Part shown: piece by piece, positions 25,439-35,416 of the stretch
How the letters are laid out: every line of letters begins with the position of its first letter
How positions within the stretch are numbered: position 1 is the stretch's first letter
Virus record (IMG/VR): IMGVR_UViG_3300042400_000444
Direction: 5' to 3' (one strand)
Source of the DNA: a virus
Taxonomy: Duplodnaviria > Heunggongvirae > Uroviricota > Caudoviricetes
Length of the DNA: 64,000 nucleotides
Translations under genes and position numbers: made by a program
The notes under the pieces: model-generated
Database searches by the model: none
The model's input: only the letters and a program-made list of their open reading frames with translations
Told to the model about the DNA's origin: nothing

Positions 25439-28238
25439 CGTAATACTGTTTTAGCCAATCCCATTCAAACGTCAGCATTAGTCGATCCATATCACCATCA
25501 ACTTCATCGTAGTACATAATTGCATCTTCTGCGCCCTTAATGCTCCATTCTGCATTAGCACCTTCTGCTTTATGTAACCACTCATCAAGTCTGTAATCAC
25601 TCTCAACTCCGGCAACTTTACGTACATCATCACGTAGTTTAATACACTCTCTAAACGCAGTACGCCATGTTAGCTCTGGTGTAGTGTTATAATGCGCTAC
25701 AGCACTTAATACAGGTACTACAGCGTGTGCTTTGCTTAGTGTAAAGTCAAGTCCACTATCGTTTGTTTCAAGTACTAAACGCTTGTTATACGCAATTACA
25801 CCCATGTGTCCGTACTCTAATCCGTTTACTGGATTTTTAGCATGGAATATGTAGTGCTTAGGACCTTGCAAGTAGTCCGGTTGCCAATTCCAATCAAAGT
25901 TTTCAACAACTTCTAACTTAGCAAACACAGCAAAGAACCATGGCGTTGTACTAAGTTCAGCGGCCGCTTTGTATGCGTTGGCTCGCCCATTGACATTTTG
26001 TACACGTCTAACTGATCTACGTGTTTGATCTACTGTACTAATTAAATGTTCATACCAACGTTCTGCATCTGGTTCGCCATTGCTGATATAGATAATATCT
26101 AGCGCATGTTCATCAAACATAGGCATTTTAGTAATATATGGATAATCGTATGCTTGTGTATTGATAACAGATTTGGCGTCTCTAGGCACCAAAACATAGC
26201 TATTTCCGGCTGAAAAACCAACGATTTGACGGTCTTTTGCATACCAAATGCTCGGGTTATACACTACACCCAGCTTGTAGTTATAAAACCATGTAAACGG
26301 ATGGTTAAATTCATGCGACTTAATTACTTCAATTAAGTTGTCGCCACTGTATTCAACTACAGGAATAGGTAGACGTGGTACACGTTGTTCTTTACAGTAG
26401 TTAATAACATTAAACCAATCTAATAGTTCAAGTTCGACCATCTGTAATTTAAAACTTTCTACGTGTATATAGAATGTATCACCGCGTTCCTGATTGTTAC
26501 TTGGAAATACATGTATCATTTCTTTCTGCCACGGTTCGGGTTGCCAGCTAAAGTCAAAGCGAGCATAATCACATAAGCTACTAATTATCCACACATGTTC
26601 TGTTGTTGCAGTTGACATAATACGTTTAAAGGTATCGAGGTAGTTGTCAACATAGCGAGTTGTTTTAATGTTAGCATGTTTCTTTTGTAGTTGCTCGAGT
26701 TGATCGTTTTCGTTACCGTGATCTACAAAGTAAATATCATGTAAGTCATCTGGGATTACAATACTTTGATCTTGCACAAAGTTAAGGTTTGGAAATTCCT
26801 CTAAGCTATTTGCCCATGCAGTTGTACGTTCAAATTCCCATTTATTAATTAAGTATGTGTCACTCCACTTCTGATGTTGTGAACCAAATACATGTGTCAT
26901 ATAACTTTGCCACGGTTGCGCATGCCACGCAAAGTTAAAATCATCGTAGATATTTTCACTACTAATAACCCAAAACTTACTTGTCTTTGTACGTACGATA
27001 CAACGTTTAATTGTATCAATCATCGAATTAACGTAGCGCACACGTTGTACATGTGGGTATTGATCAACTAACTTTTCATAACGTGTGGCAGAACTAATAT
27101 TGCTCCGGTCAATAAAGAATATATCAAGGACTTGTAACACTGGATTATCGTGTTGTCCTAATTCCGGGATAGGTCCTGCAAACTTAACCTCAGTTGCACC
27201 AGGAACAGTATAAGTCAATCCAATACTAGATTGAAACTCTGTGCCAAAATGATATATGTAAGGAGGATCTTGTGGATGCGGTACCCAACTAAAATCTACA
27301 GTATCTGCATTAACTTCTTCTGGGATAGTCCATAGTGTACGATCCGGCAATGTACGTGCTACTAATACATCGATATACTTTTCTTTTGTAGCACCGGGTA
27401 CGCGATATTCTGGACCGCCGACTGCATTCCATACTGTTGGAAATTTATATATGTAAGGTTCTTCTGCTGGGTGAGGCGCCCAGCTAAAATCAAATGATTC
27501 TTTATCAATGTTAGTAGGTACGTACCACATAGACATGTCGCTACGGGTGCGGGCATAAAAATCATCCAAAAACTTAATTTCAGATGCACCAGGTACGCGA
27601 TATTCTGGACCTCCGATTTTATCCCAGCCCCACTTAACAGGAAACTGATAAATCATCGGTGGATCAGCAGGATTGGGACACCATGTATAATCTATACTGT
27701 CGGGATCAATATGGTCGGGAATATACCAATAATCTTTATTGCCCTTTGTATCTGCAATTATAATATCGATATACTTTTCTTGTGTTGCACCAGGCACTCT
27801 ATATTCGACACCGCCTACATTAGCCCACCCCCACTTAACTGGAAAGTGATATATGTAAGGAGGATCTATTGGATTTGGATGCCATGAATAATCCACTGTG
27901 TTTGCATCAATATTATCAGGTATGTACCAATTAGCTGTTGACGCTAACCGATTTACAGGATTAATATTTTTAAAATGCCATTGCTCAGAATCTACTGTAT
28001 ACTTATTTGCAAAATATGTACTGCCATTTTGTTGCCATTGACTTGGCCAAACGTGTACAAAGGTTTCTTCCCAAGGTACTGCACGATAACTAAAATCAAA
28101 TCCTTTATAGTTATTCTGCCCATCGATGAACCAAAAGAACTTAGTACGACTTAAACTTGCAGCTTCTTCTAATGTATCAGCGGGCAGTTCAAAAGGGAAT
28201 AGGTTAGGCTTTGAGCCTTGATAAAACACATCAAACAT
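25419..28238 (-). CDS. 939-aa multi-repeat glycosyltransferase-like protein
   Basis: C-terminal domain resembles the 42036-42932 protein (YIS..EP, KAAA..S.T, WR..FRE..K); several degenerate GT-A-like modules and tandem repeats. Confidence 0.6.
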   Translation of the reverse strand: MFDVFYQGSKPNLFPFELPADTLEEAASLSRTKFFWFIDGQNNYKGFDFSYRAVPWEETFVHVWPSQWQQNGSTYFANKYTVDSEQWHFKNINPVNRLASTANWYIPDNIDANTVDYSWHPNPIDPPYIYHFPVKWGWANVGGVEYRVPGATQEKYIDIIIADTKGNKDYWYIPDHIDPDSIDYTWCPNPADPPMIYQFPVKWGWDKIGGPEYRVPGASEIKFLDDFYARTRSDMSMWYVPTNIDKESFDFSWAPHPAEEPYIYKFPTVWNAVGGPEYRVPGATKEKYIDVLVARTLPDRTLWTIPEEVNADTVDFSWVPHPQDPPYIYHFGTEFQSSIGLTYTVPGATEVKFAGPIPELGQHDNPVLQVLDIFFIDRSNISSATRYEKLVDQYPHVQRVRYVNSMIDTIKRCIVRTKTSKFWVISSENIYDDFNFAWHAQPWQSYMTHVFGSQHQKWSDTYLINKWEFERTTAWANSLEEFPNLNFVQDQSIVIPDDLHDIYFVDHGNENDQLEQLQKKHANIKTTRYVDNYLDTFKRIMSTATTEHVWIISSLCDYARFDFSWQPEPWQKEMIHVFPSNNQERGDTFYIHVESFKLQMVELELLDWFNVINYCKEQRVPRLPIPVVEYSGDNLIEVIKSHEFNHPFTWFYNYKLGVVYNPSIWYAKDRQIVGFSAGNSYVLVPRDAKSVINTQAYDYPYITKMPMFDEHALDIIYISNGEPDAERWYEHLISTVDQTRRSVRRVQNVNGRANAYKAAAELSTTPWFFAVFAKLEVVENFDWNWQPDYLQGPKHYIFHAKNPVNGLEYGHMGVIAYNKRLVLETNDSGLDFTLSKAHAVVPVLSAVAHYNTTPELTWRTAFRECIKLRDDVRKVAGVESDYRLDEWLHKAEGANAEWSIKGAEDAIMYYDEVDGDMDRLMLTFEWDWLKQYYATKYTL
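27170..27935 (-). repeat. four tandem ~65-aa protein repeats
   Basis: W-x-[IV]-P..[IV][DN]....D[YF][ST]W.P.P...P.IY.F......G..Y.VPGA..K four times; DNA 16-mer acgcgatattctggac recurs near 27400 and 27595. Confidence 0.85.
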
Positions 28239-28749
28239 GTACTTGTTCTACTGTCAATCCACATTTAATTAAAAAATCAGCGCCTATTGTATCGCGATAT
28301 GATTGTGCATAATACACTTCTGTAATGCCAGCTTGATAAATTGTTTTTGCACAATCTAAACATGGGCAATGTGTAATAAAGATTGCTGAGCCTTGTGCTC
28401 CACCATTGAGTTTAGCAAGTTTCGAAATTGCATTTGACTCTGCGTGAAGTACAGTTGATTTTGTTTTCAATCTGTATCGACCAATGTAAGAATCATCTAA
28501 CTCCGACACTTCAACAAACGGCCATTTCTCATCTATCTCTTCAGGGTCAAGCCAACCACCAGCATCACTCGACATGTATTCTCGTTCTTCACATACGTTA
28601 TCCCATCCGCTGGGTTGTCCATTGTACCCAATAGAGATAATTGCATCATCTTTAACAATGATTGACCCAACTTGTAAGCGTACAGCACTCGAACATGCCG
28701 CATAATTAAATGCAGTGCGCATGTGTGCTAGTTTCATTTTATGCTTCAT
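28231..28749 (-). CDS. dCMP deaminase
   Basis: QVGSIIV, GYNG, HAESNAI, PCLDCAK. Confidence 0.9.
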   Translation of the reverse strand: MKHKMKLAHMRTAFNYAACSSAVRLQVGSIIVKDDAIISIGYNGQPSGWDNVCEEREYMSSDAGGWLDPEEIDEKWPFVEVSELDDSYIGRYRLKTKSTVLHAESNAISKLAKLNGGAQGSAIFITHCPCLDCAKTIYQAGITEVYYAQSYRDTIGADFLIKCGLTVEQVHV

Positions 28750-30236
28750 GATAACACCTTTACTCCGTATAGTTCTTCGAATCGATCTGCATCAGCACGA
28801 TCATTTATCATTGGTTCACCGCGTACATTTAAACTTGTATTAAGCAACATCGGACAACCTGTCCATGTATACCATAAACACAATAGTTCACGTATGCCAC
28901 TGTTATCACGTGGAACAGTCTGTACTCGACTTGTACCGTCTATATGTATTATAGCAGGAAATTCGTCAGGACGCAAGCACTTTGCAGTCGTTTGCATGTA
29001 CGGACTTGTTTTAAATCCATTGGGCATTTCAAAATACTCATCAACAAACTCCTCCAGTATTATAGGAGCAAATGGTCTAAACTGTTGTCTACGTTTGATT
29101 AAGTTTACAGCATCTTTAATATCAGGTCCACGTGGGTCAGCTAGTAAACTTCTGTTACCCAATGCTCTTGGTCCAAATTCTGCACGACCGTTAGCAACGC
29201 CAACAATCTTGTTTGTCATTAATTCAGACACAACATCGGCACAAGGATAAGGACCAGGAATATTGTGCCCGAGAAACGCATCTACCCAATTAAGTTTGCC
29301 TCCATGCGCAAGCGCCGCTGCCCCAAGACTGCTACCAGCATCACCAGGATTGGGCATAATCCAAATGTTATCAAAATATTCTCCCAAATCTCTATTAGCA
29401 CTACAGTTAAGCGCAACGCCGCCGGAGTATACTAAGTTACTACTAGGTGCTAATGTTTTTGCTTTATACATTATATTGTGTATTAATTGTTCTGTTAATG
29501 TCTGAGCCGCATTGGCTATTTCAAAATCATTCCATTTTGCTTTTATATCATTGTCGGGTAGACCGATATGTAAGTTATGTTTTAATGTTAGCTCAAACTC
29601 GTGGTCAACTAACCAATTTGAAAGTTGGTCACTTAAACGTGTTGTGTCTTGTTTTGCCCAACCCGCCATGCCCATTAAAATGTATTCTTCATCTAGCGGA
29701 CGCAAGCCAACTTCTTTAGTAAATGCACTGTACATTAAGCCGATGCTGTGTGGGTATAGTTGACGCCACACTCTTGTATATTGTGCCTTACCATTGACAT
29801 ATTTTGCAGACCATATGCTAATAGTATCCCACTCGCCAATTGCATCAATTACAACAACTGTTGCATCATCAAACGGGCTAGTTTGAAAGCCAGCGGCCGC
29901 ATGTGATAGGTGATGATTGTATGTTTTAATTGGAGTAGAACTTAACCACGGAGCGACTTTGTGTATCATGTTACGTACACTCCATCCTTTAGTTAGTTCA
30001 CTGTATTGTCCGGCGTAAAGTTGACGGGTCTTCTTAACCCACGGTCTTTCGTAGTATGCAATTAAATCGGGTTCGCCATAATTGAATACACAATCTCTAA
30101 GCATTTCAGCGTTTAAGTTTGGGTCGTGTTTAATTTTGCTATAACGTTCAGCATGACCTGCAAAGACAATATCGTCGCCTTTGATTAATGTAATTGCTGC
30201 ATCATGAAACCCAGCTGATATTCCTAATATATTCAT
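28746..30236 (-). CDS. O-carbamoyltransferase (NodU/CmcH/TobZ family)
   Basis: GISAGFHDAA, ERYSKIKHD, HHLSHAA, DAIGE, GGVALNC, PGDAG, EFGPRALGNRSLLADP, RPFAP, DGTSRVQTV, LNTSLN..GEP. Confidence 0.95.
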   Translation of the reverse strand: MNILGISAGFHDAAITLIKGDDIVFAGHAERYSKIKHDPNLNAEMLRDCVFNYGEPDLIAYYERPWVKKTRQLYAGQYSELTKGWSVRNMIHKVAPWLSSTPIKTYNHHLSHAAAGFQTSPFDDATVVVIDAIGEWDTISIWSAKYVNGKAQYTRVWRQLYPHSIGLMYSAFTKEVGLRPLDEEYILMGMAGWAKQDTTRLSDQLSNWLVDHEFELTLKHNLHIGLPDNDIKAKWNDFEIANAAQTLTEQLIHNIMYKAKTLAPSSNLVYSGGVALNCSANRDLGEYFDNIWIMPNPGDAGSSLGAAALAHGGKLNWVDAFLGHNIPGPYPCADVVSELMTNKIVGVANGRAEFGPRALGNRSLLADPRGPDIKDAVNLIKRRQQFRPFAPIILEEFVDEYFEMPNGFKTSPYMQTTAKCLRPDEFPAIIHIDGTSRVQTVPRDNSGIRELLCLWYTWTGCPMLLNTSLNVRGEPMINDRADADRFEELYGVKVLS

Positions 30237-30334
30237 TTATAAATAAATGGGTCACGTTTGCGCATTTCTTTTAATTTCTTACGATAGCGTAATTCCATCT
30301 TAATACGATTAATTATGTTTAAAAACCATTTCAT
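30233..30334 (-). CDS. 33-aa basic peptide ending in DPFIYK (absent from ORF track)
   Basis: MKWFLNIINRIKMELRYRKKLKEMRKRDPFIYK; ATGA overlaps with both neighbours. Confidence 0.75.
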   Translation of the reverse strand: MKWFLNIINRIKMELRYRKKLKEMRKRDPFIYK

Positions 30335-31557
30335 TGAAGTTCCCCTTTTTCAGTCTGCATTTTTCGACTACTAAAATCATATCCAGGTTGCATTGAGTCT
30401 ATTTGGTGTTGTTTATAATCAGAATCCGACCAACAATAATCAAACGTATGTTCGACTCCGTCTACTTCGATTTTATAAATATCTAAATGATTACTCAATT
30501 GATCCCATATTTCAAATGAATCAGTGGTACCAAAACTTTCCATTAATTCAACTTCGCCAATCGGCAAGTAGCCTAAACTCAATTTTTTATTAGTAGAGTC
30601 GATGCCATTGGATTCAAGCCATGCATAAAATTGAGTTAGTTCATCAACATGCCACCAATATTTTTCTTTATTGTATGTTACATCGTTGCCCCACTCGATA
30701 TCAAATTCACCGCTATAAAACTTCAATGAATTAATTGCATCGCAAGTGGCACCAGTATTCATACTAATATCTGTTGGGTCATTCCCTACAGTTAATTTTG
30801 GAGCATGCTCGTCGCGCCAGACTTCAAACAAGGTTTTTCCAATTTGAGTCCAATGCATATACACATGACCAAATTTTCTATCATACCCATTTGTAGTAAA
30901 TAGTTCTCTGTGTTCATCTGTTAATTCATGTCGTTTAGCATGAAGAAATGTAGTAATCTGACTAGGACGAATCCACTCGGGCATTACTGCTAACTTACGT
31001 TGACTTAATAGAATGTTTTCCATTTCGTGACATATAATATTTAATTGTCTAATAGCGTACTTAGTTTCATAATCTGCTAATTTGTAGTATGAACTTAAAT
31101 TCCATACTGTTCCTTGTAACAATTCAAAGTGATTATGTAATCTATTTAAAATTTCATGCTTTGGACTTAGTCCTATTTCAATATCGGGTCTGCCTCTGAG
31201 TGTGACGGGGTATGTGTCTGGGAAGCGTACAGTATTCGGGTGGAACCATTCTTCGATAATATACGATTGAAGACCGGCATCTTGCCAAGTATATGTTTGA
31301 TTAAATAAATTTATTGTCTCTATAGATTTGTTTAGTTCATCGCACAAGTATTCGACTGTCCTGGCAGACTTAGGAAATCCCAAAAAACAAAAGTTTTTCT
31401 CAAGTCGATCTTTAGATTGCAATATTTGTTTAAGTGCAACAACCCAATCTTTTGCAAGCGGATTATCGTATACTTTAATAGTGTATTCAAGTTGATCTGC
31501 AAAATCTAGCGGGTTGCGTAGTGTTACAGTTACTTTAGATTGATTGATACCATTCAT
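30331..31557 (-). CDS. hypothetical protein of the radical SAM cluster
   Basis: 408 aa, no CxxxCxxC; LNRLHNHFE and LNIICHEME motifs. Confidence 0.8.
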   Translation of the reverse strand: MNGINQSKVTVTLRNPLDFADQLEYTIKVYDNPLAKDWVVALKQILQSKDRLEKNFCFLGFPKSARTVEYLCDELNKSIETINLFNQTYTWQDAGLQSYIIEEWFHPNTVRFPDTYPVTLRGRPDIEIGLSPKHEILNRLHNHFELLQGTVWNLSSYYKLADYETKYAIRQLNIICHEMENILLSQRKLAVMPEWIRPSQITTFLHAKRHELTDEHRELFTTNGYDRKFGHVYMHWTQIGKTLFEVWRDEHAPKLTVGNDPTDISMNTGATCDAINSLKFYSGEFDIEWGNDVTYNKEKYWWHVDELTQFYAWLESNGIDSTNKKLSLGYLPIGEVELMESFGTTDSFEIWDQLSNHLDIYKIEVDGVEHTFDYCWSDSDYKQHQIDSMQPGYDFSSRKMQTEKGELQ

Positions 31558-32821
31558 ATACTGCCGGTCTCTCTTTTAATATGTCTGCTAGCGTATAGGT
31601 ATCTTTACGTATACTTTCTAATTGTAGCACACGTTGCTTACCTTTGTCAAGCTCTTTCTTATATGTATCAGGCCATTGCTCGTCGAACGTTGGTCGTGAT
31701 TTTAACTGTACAAGTATATCCTGCATAGCGCCAGAAGTTTGTGGAATTAGTTCATCTAACCATGGATGTAATATGTGGCGTGGTAGTGCAAGTGGACTAA
31801 GGATAATATCAGGGCTAAAGCTAAAAACAACTTTAGCCAGTATGTCTACGTTTTCTTCTTTAGCAAGCTGCATGATTTGTTTAACTTCAAACATGCCCGG
31901 CAGAGTGAGGGTGAAATCAATTCGCATTTGTCTTCGATTAGTTGCAATTCTAACTCCTTCACGGAAATTTTCAAGCCATTGATTATAATCAAGTCCTGTT
32001 CTAATATATTCTCCAATTGCGCCAGTTCCGTCGAGACTGGCACAGATTTGCCAATCGCGTAGCCCAGATAAAATGTCCCTATAGAGATTGACACCGCGAT
32101 AATTGACGCGGCTAAGATTAGTATTGTACCGTGCGTAAGCATGTTTGCCATCTCCTAAATCAATAATGCGTTTCATATAACGCCAGTGTTGTTCGTACAT
32201 TAGTGGCTCACCGCCGACCCAATATACTTCTTCAACTTGATGATTCTCGACTGCTTGAGCAAACTCCTGTTCTATTTGACTATCTTGAAATTTTGATATT
32301 TCTTCTCTTACGTCTGGCTTCATCCAATTGTTCTTTGGGTTATGCCAGTTAATCATATTATGTTGACGTTGCTCAGTTTCCCAAGCACTGCTTAACATAT
32401 CACCACACATACGACATTTAAAGTTACATAAGTTACTAAATCTATAATCCCAACTAACTGGGCGCATAGTTGTGTAACCCGTTGAATCTGTTGTGTCTGT
32501 TACTTGTAAATATTTATTACCAAACATCTGATCAAAATAACTACGGTAAACTGATGTATTCAACAGCTTATCATTACATACCTCACACTCTGGGAGGGTT
32601 TCCCCAGCAATCATGCGACGACGGACCGACCGCATGTGCTCGCTATTCCAGTGTTCATCTAGAGTTATTGGTATATAACGCCCTGTACCCGCCGAGACGT
32701 CGATATACTGTTGAAAGTTTTGTGCAGGTTCACGTGACGCACAGCACATACGTCTTTCAGTTTGTGGTGAAAGATATGTATGTACCCACGGTGCCAAACA
32801 TAATGTACTAGGCTTCGACAT
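31535..32821 (-). CDS. N-terminal twitch-domain radical SAM protein
   Basis: CLAPW, MCC, CEVC, then CNFKCRMC, GGEPL, YNTN, SLDG. Confidence 0.9.
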   Translation of the reverse strand: MSKPSTLCLAPWVHTYLSPQTERRMCCASREPAQNFQQYIDVSAGTGRYIPITLDEHWNSEHMRSVRRRMIAGETLPECEVCNDKLLNTSVYRSYFDQMFGNKYLQVTDTTDSTGYTTMRPVSWDYRFSNLCNFKCRMCGDMLSSAWETEQRQHNMINWHNPKNNWMKPDVREEISKFQDSQIEQEFAQAVENHQVEEVYWVGGEPLMYEQHWRYMKRIIDLGDGKHAYARYNTNLSRVNYRGVNLYRDILSGLRDWQICASLDGTGAIGEYIRTGLDYNQWLENFREGVRIATNRRQMRIDFTLTLPGMFEVKQIMQLAKEENVDILAKVVFSFSPDIILSPLALPRHILHPWLDELIPQTSGAMQDILVQLKSRPTFDEQWPDTYKKELDKGKQRVLQLESIRKDTYTLADILKERPAVYEWYQSI

Positions 32822-34025
32822 AACCCATTGCTAGTGCAATTTCTTTATGCGTAGTTAAGAAACTTTCATTACGATATGTATCTGTCGTTTGCATTTTGCG
32901 CATGAATTCCTGCCCGTTACTGCTGTTTCCATTTTCGATAAATTTAATAATACGAATTATTTCAGCTTTATGTCTAGGTGAAAAAGCATACTCTGACAGA
33001 CGTTGGATAACTAACTTATTTGCCGCAGGAGTCATATTGTTAATGTTCATGTGATTTGGATCATGCAACATATTAAAATATGTATGGTCAAATGTTTGTG
33101 TATTAATCCATTCACATAATTCTGGCAGATAGTACACGTTTTGTATATTGATAGTTAAACATATCTGTGTAGTAATTATATCATTGCGCATTGCATTGAA
33201 CTTAGCTATGTTTGTTTGTACTTCATCCCAGATTGCGCCATACCGTTCGTACTCAAATCGTGCGCCGACATTATCAATACTAAATGCAACTTCTACACGT
33301 TTAAATTGATTCCACAGTTCCGCTGCTTCCTCAGGAAATACTGTACCGTTTGTGTTGTAGTGTATTTCAATATCTCTACTATACCCATGCTCAACTGCAT
33401 AGCGCAATAGTTCAAAATGCTGTTCGATTAAGAATGGTTCACCACCAGTAAATTCAAAGTATTTGATGTTTGATAATAGTGATTTTAAGTTCTCCCAAAA
33501 ATCAACACTTTCTCTCGGCCATGCACCATCTGTTAAAAATTTATATGCCAAGTGTTGCTTGCGATCTGTTAACCCCACTACATAATCAATCTCTTCTTTA
33601 ACCCATTTACTACTAGACCAACTACCACATATACGACATTTTAGATTGCAAATATTACCTAGTTTTAAGTCAATGAACCACAGCTGATTAGGATTGGTAT
33701 TAGTCCAATCAATTTGATCGTAGTACTCTTTAAGACGAATTCTACTGTTTATGCGTTTACTTGCACGACCAGCATCTTCTTCATCCCAGCATCTTTTACA
33801 TGTTTCTGGTTTCTTGCCATCTAAAAACTCTTGACGTAAATTTTGCATATATGGACTATGATAAACTTCTTCTAATGTACTATCTCTAAGACTGTACTTA
33901 GTGCCATTGGGGCGAGTAATTTCGTCTATTGCTAAACAGCAAGGACGGGCAGTACTTATCGGACTAGTTTCAACACTAATCCACGGTATCATACATATAG
34001 TTTTGGGTAATTCGTTATTTGACAT
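32808..34025 (-). CDS. N-terminal twitch-domain radical SAM protein
   Basis: CMIPW, PCC, CKRCW, then CNLKCRIC, GGEPF, YNTNG, SIDN. Confidence 0.9.
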   Translation of the reverse strand: MSNNELPKTICMIPWISVETSPISTARPCCLAIDEITRPNGTKYSLRDSTLEEVYHSPYMQNLRQEFLDGKKPETCKRCWDEEDAGRASKRINSRIRLKEYYDQIDWTNTNPNQLWFIDLKLGNICNLKCRICGSWSSSKWVKEEIDYVVGLTDRKQHLAYKFLTDGAWPRESVDFWENLKSLLSNIKYFEFTGGEPFLIEQHFELLRYAVEHGYSRDIEIHYNTNGTVFPEEAAELWNQFKRVEVAFSIDNVGARFEYERYGAIWDEVQTNIAKFNAMRNDIITTQICLTINIQNVYYLPELCEWINTQTFDHTYFNMLHDPNHMNINNMTPAANKLVIQRLSEYAFSPRHKAEIIRIIKFIENGNSSNGQEFMRKMQTTDTYRNESFLTTHKEIALAMGYVEA

Positions 34026-35349
34026 ATGATCTCAACTCTGCATATTCTGGAAATACTTCTTCGAATGTTTCATTACGGACAACATCCACTTCATCATTGG
34101 CTTTAAAGAATTCTGCAAGGAACTGACTATTATCGGCTTGGTTTAAAAAGTTAATAATACCTTTATAACCACCAGTTGCACGACTAATTTTGTCTTGCGG
34201 TTCAAGCCATTTTATGTGCTCTTCAATTTTCTTAATTGCTTGTTGTTTATATACATCAGGTAATACATCTGCACGAATTCTATCTGGGCTTTGGCAAAGA
34301 TTAATATTCCAGTCCTGTGGTCGTATAAGTCCTTTCTCTGCCCAATCTCTATGAAAGTCCGTAACATGCAACACATTATACAAACTAACTGTGCTACTTA
34401 CATAAAAGTCTACATTTGGACAAACTTCTATCATTCTACGACGATTAGCTTCTGTTTGTGCCCAATCTTGCCCTTTGCGCATGTATTCGCCACGTGCATA
34501 ATTATCATCTAAACTTGCGCCAATGCTTACACTATCAAACAATTTCCAAAGTTCAAATACATCTTGCCCTTTGTATACCATTTCGCTAAAGTTAGTATTA
34601 TATATTAAACGAACGTGGAATAATTTTTGAGCTACCAATTCTTTAAGAATCATGTAATGCTCTTCCATGATAAGTGGTTCGCCACCTGCAAAGTATATTT
34701 GTTCTAAGTTAGGAATATGTTCTTGCATCTGCTCCCACATATCATACTTGTGGCGGCCAGCATATTCGACACTAGACATTTCTTTACCTAGCACTTCGGG
34801 CTTTTTACCATATAACTTAATATGGTCATTATACCAATTACTGCTAAAGATAGGACCACAGCTACGACAACGGAAATTACATAAATTACTAAAACGTACA
34901 TCATAATAACGTAATGTAAAATCATCTAAACTACCATCATCGTTAGTAGCATCACTTAGTTCAATCAAATGACCAAAATCCTTACTAAAGCTATTACGCA
35001 TACTAAAGAAACTATTGTCTTCTAGTTCGTAACACTTAGTACATTCTTTACACGGTTTATCATTTAACATGTTTGTACGCATCGTTCGCATAGGCGCATC
35101 ATTCCATACTTCTTCCATTGTATTTTTGCGCAAGTCACCAATCGGTTGCCACATTTCGCCTAAACAGCAAGGGTATGCTCTTCCGTCTGGAAACGCATGC
35201 ATATGAATCCACGGAAGTATGCAAAATACTTTACTTTCTGTCAATAATTCTTTGTGTTTTGCTGTTAAGTCAGTAGGGTCACAATATAAGGGCATGGTAC
35301 TATTATAATCATAGTTTTTAAAATTACCGTTTGTCTTTTTTATTTTCAT
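34015..35349 (-). CDS. N-terminal twitch-domain radical SAM protein
   Basis: CILPW, PCC, CTKCY, then CNFRCRSC, GGEPL, YNTN. Confidence 0.9.
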   Translation of the reverse strand: MKIKKTNGNFKNYDYNSTMPLYCDPTDLTAKHKELLTESKVFCILPWIHMHAFPDGRAYPCCLGEMWQPIGDLRKNTMEEVWNDAPMRTMRTNMLNDKPCKECTKCYELEDNSFFSMRNSFSKDFGHLIELSDATNDDGSLDDFTLRYYDVRFSNLCNFRCRSCGPIFSSNWYNDHIKLYGKKPEVLGKEMSSVEYAGRHKYDMWEQMQEHIPNLEQIYFAGGEPLIMEEHYMILKELVAQKLFHVRLIYNTNFSEMVYKGQDVFELWKLFDSVSIGASLDDNYARGEYMRKGQDWAQTEANRRRMIEVCPNVDFYVSSTVSLYNVLHVTDFHRDWAEKGLIRPQDWNINLCQSPDRIRADVLPDVYKQQAIKKIEEHIKWLEPQDKISRATGGYKGIINFLNQADNSQFLAEFFKANDEVDVVRNETFEEVFPEYAELRSYVK

Positions 35350-35416
35350 ATTATTCGATTTGTTTGTATGTAGTGTATTTAATGGTATTCAACAGGCCTG
35401 TTGATTTTTAGTAAGA

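Noticed and set aside
28741-29250. 169-aa + strand ORF and similar antisense ORFs (e.g. 12006-12425, 31644-31982, 52166-52615)
   Set aside because: They lie wholly or largely opposite well-supported genes, have no motifs or SD, and are best explained as shadow ORFs
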